Both the position numbers and the translations under genes were made by a program. Positions 63,843 to 64,000 of a stretch of DNA of 64,000 bases are shown piece by piece. Below the pieces are notes generated by a model. That model did no database searches. It was not told the DNA's origin and saw only the letters and a list, made by a program, of their open reading frames with translations. The stretch lies in the NCBI RefSeq assembly GCF_009914755.1, contig NC_060929.1. One strand, 5' to 3'. Source of the stretch: the human T2T-CHM13v2.0 reference genome, Homo sapiens. Position 1 is the stretch's first letter; every line of letters starts with the position of its first letter.

Positions 63843-64000
63843 TGTTGCGGGAAGTCAGGGACCCCAAACAGAGGGACCAGCTGAAGCCATGGCAGAAGAA
63901 CATAAATTGTGAAGATTTCATGGACATTTATTAATTCCCCAAATTAATACTTTTATAATTTCTTATGCCTGTCTTTACTGCAGTCTCTGAACATAAATTG
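63843..64000 (+). mobile_element. MER11-family LTR (HERV-K HML-8), 5' end, truncated by the window edge
   Basis: TGTTGCGGGAAGTCAGGGACCCC start; repeated gaacataaattg unit (63898-63909, 63989-64000). Confidence 0.85.

Overview
Primate (human-type) genomic DNA, very Alu-rich, matching the AK6/TAF9 - RAD17 - MARVELD2 locus (human 5q13.2 from established knowledge). Minus strand: AK6 exons 1a/1b and 2, plus the single-exon TAF9 CDS (6730-7524) nested in AK6 intron 2; the remaining AK6 exons lie left of the window. A bidirectional CpG-island promoter (~11-11.9 kb) also drives RAD17 on the plus strand. Its coding exons join in phase to 2013 nt (670 aa, MNQ start) or 2046 nt (681 aa, MSKT start). 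About 300 bp after the RAD17 poly(A) signal, a second CpG island starts MARVELD2 (tricellulin), with exon 1 and the 1146-nt coding part of exon 2 present. I found no new gene or prokaryote-type system. The best candidates for undescribed biology are: (1) in TAF9 mRNA the AK6 start opens a P-loop-containing uORF in frame with TAF9, separated by one TGA and 4 codons; (2) two templated-insertion scars in RAD17 introns, copied from adjacent donors about 1.5 kb away; (3) a 482-bp uninterrupted alternating purine/pyrimidine tract; (4) a cassette exon that toggles the RAD17 start codon. Repeat names and boundaries are by eye and approximate.
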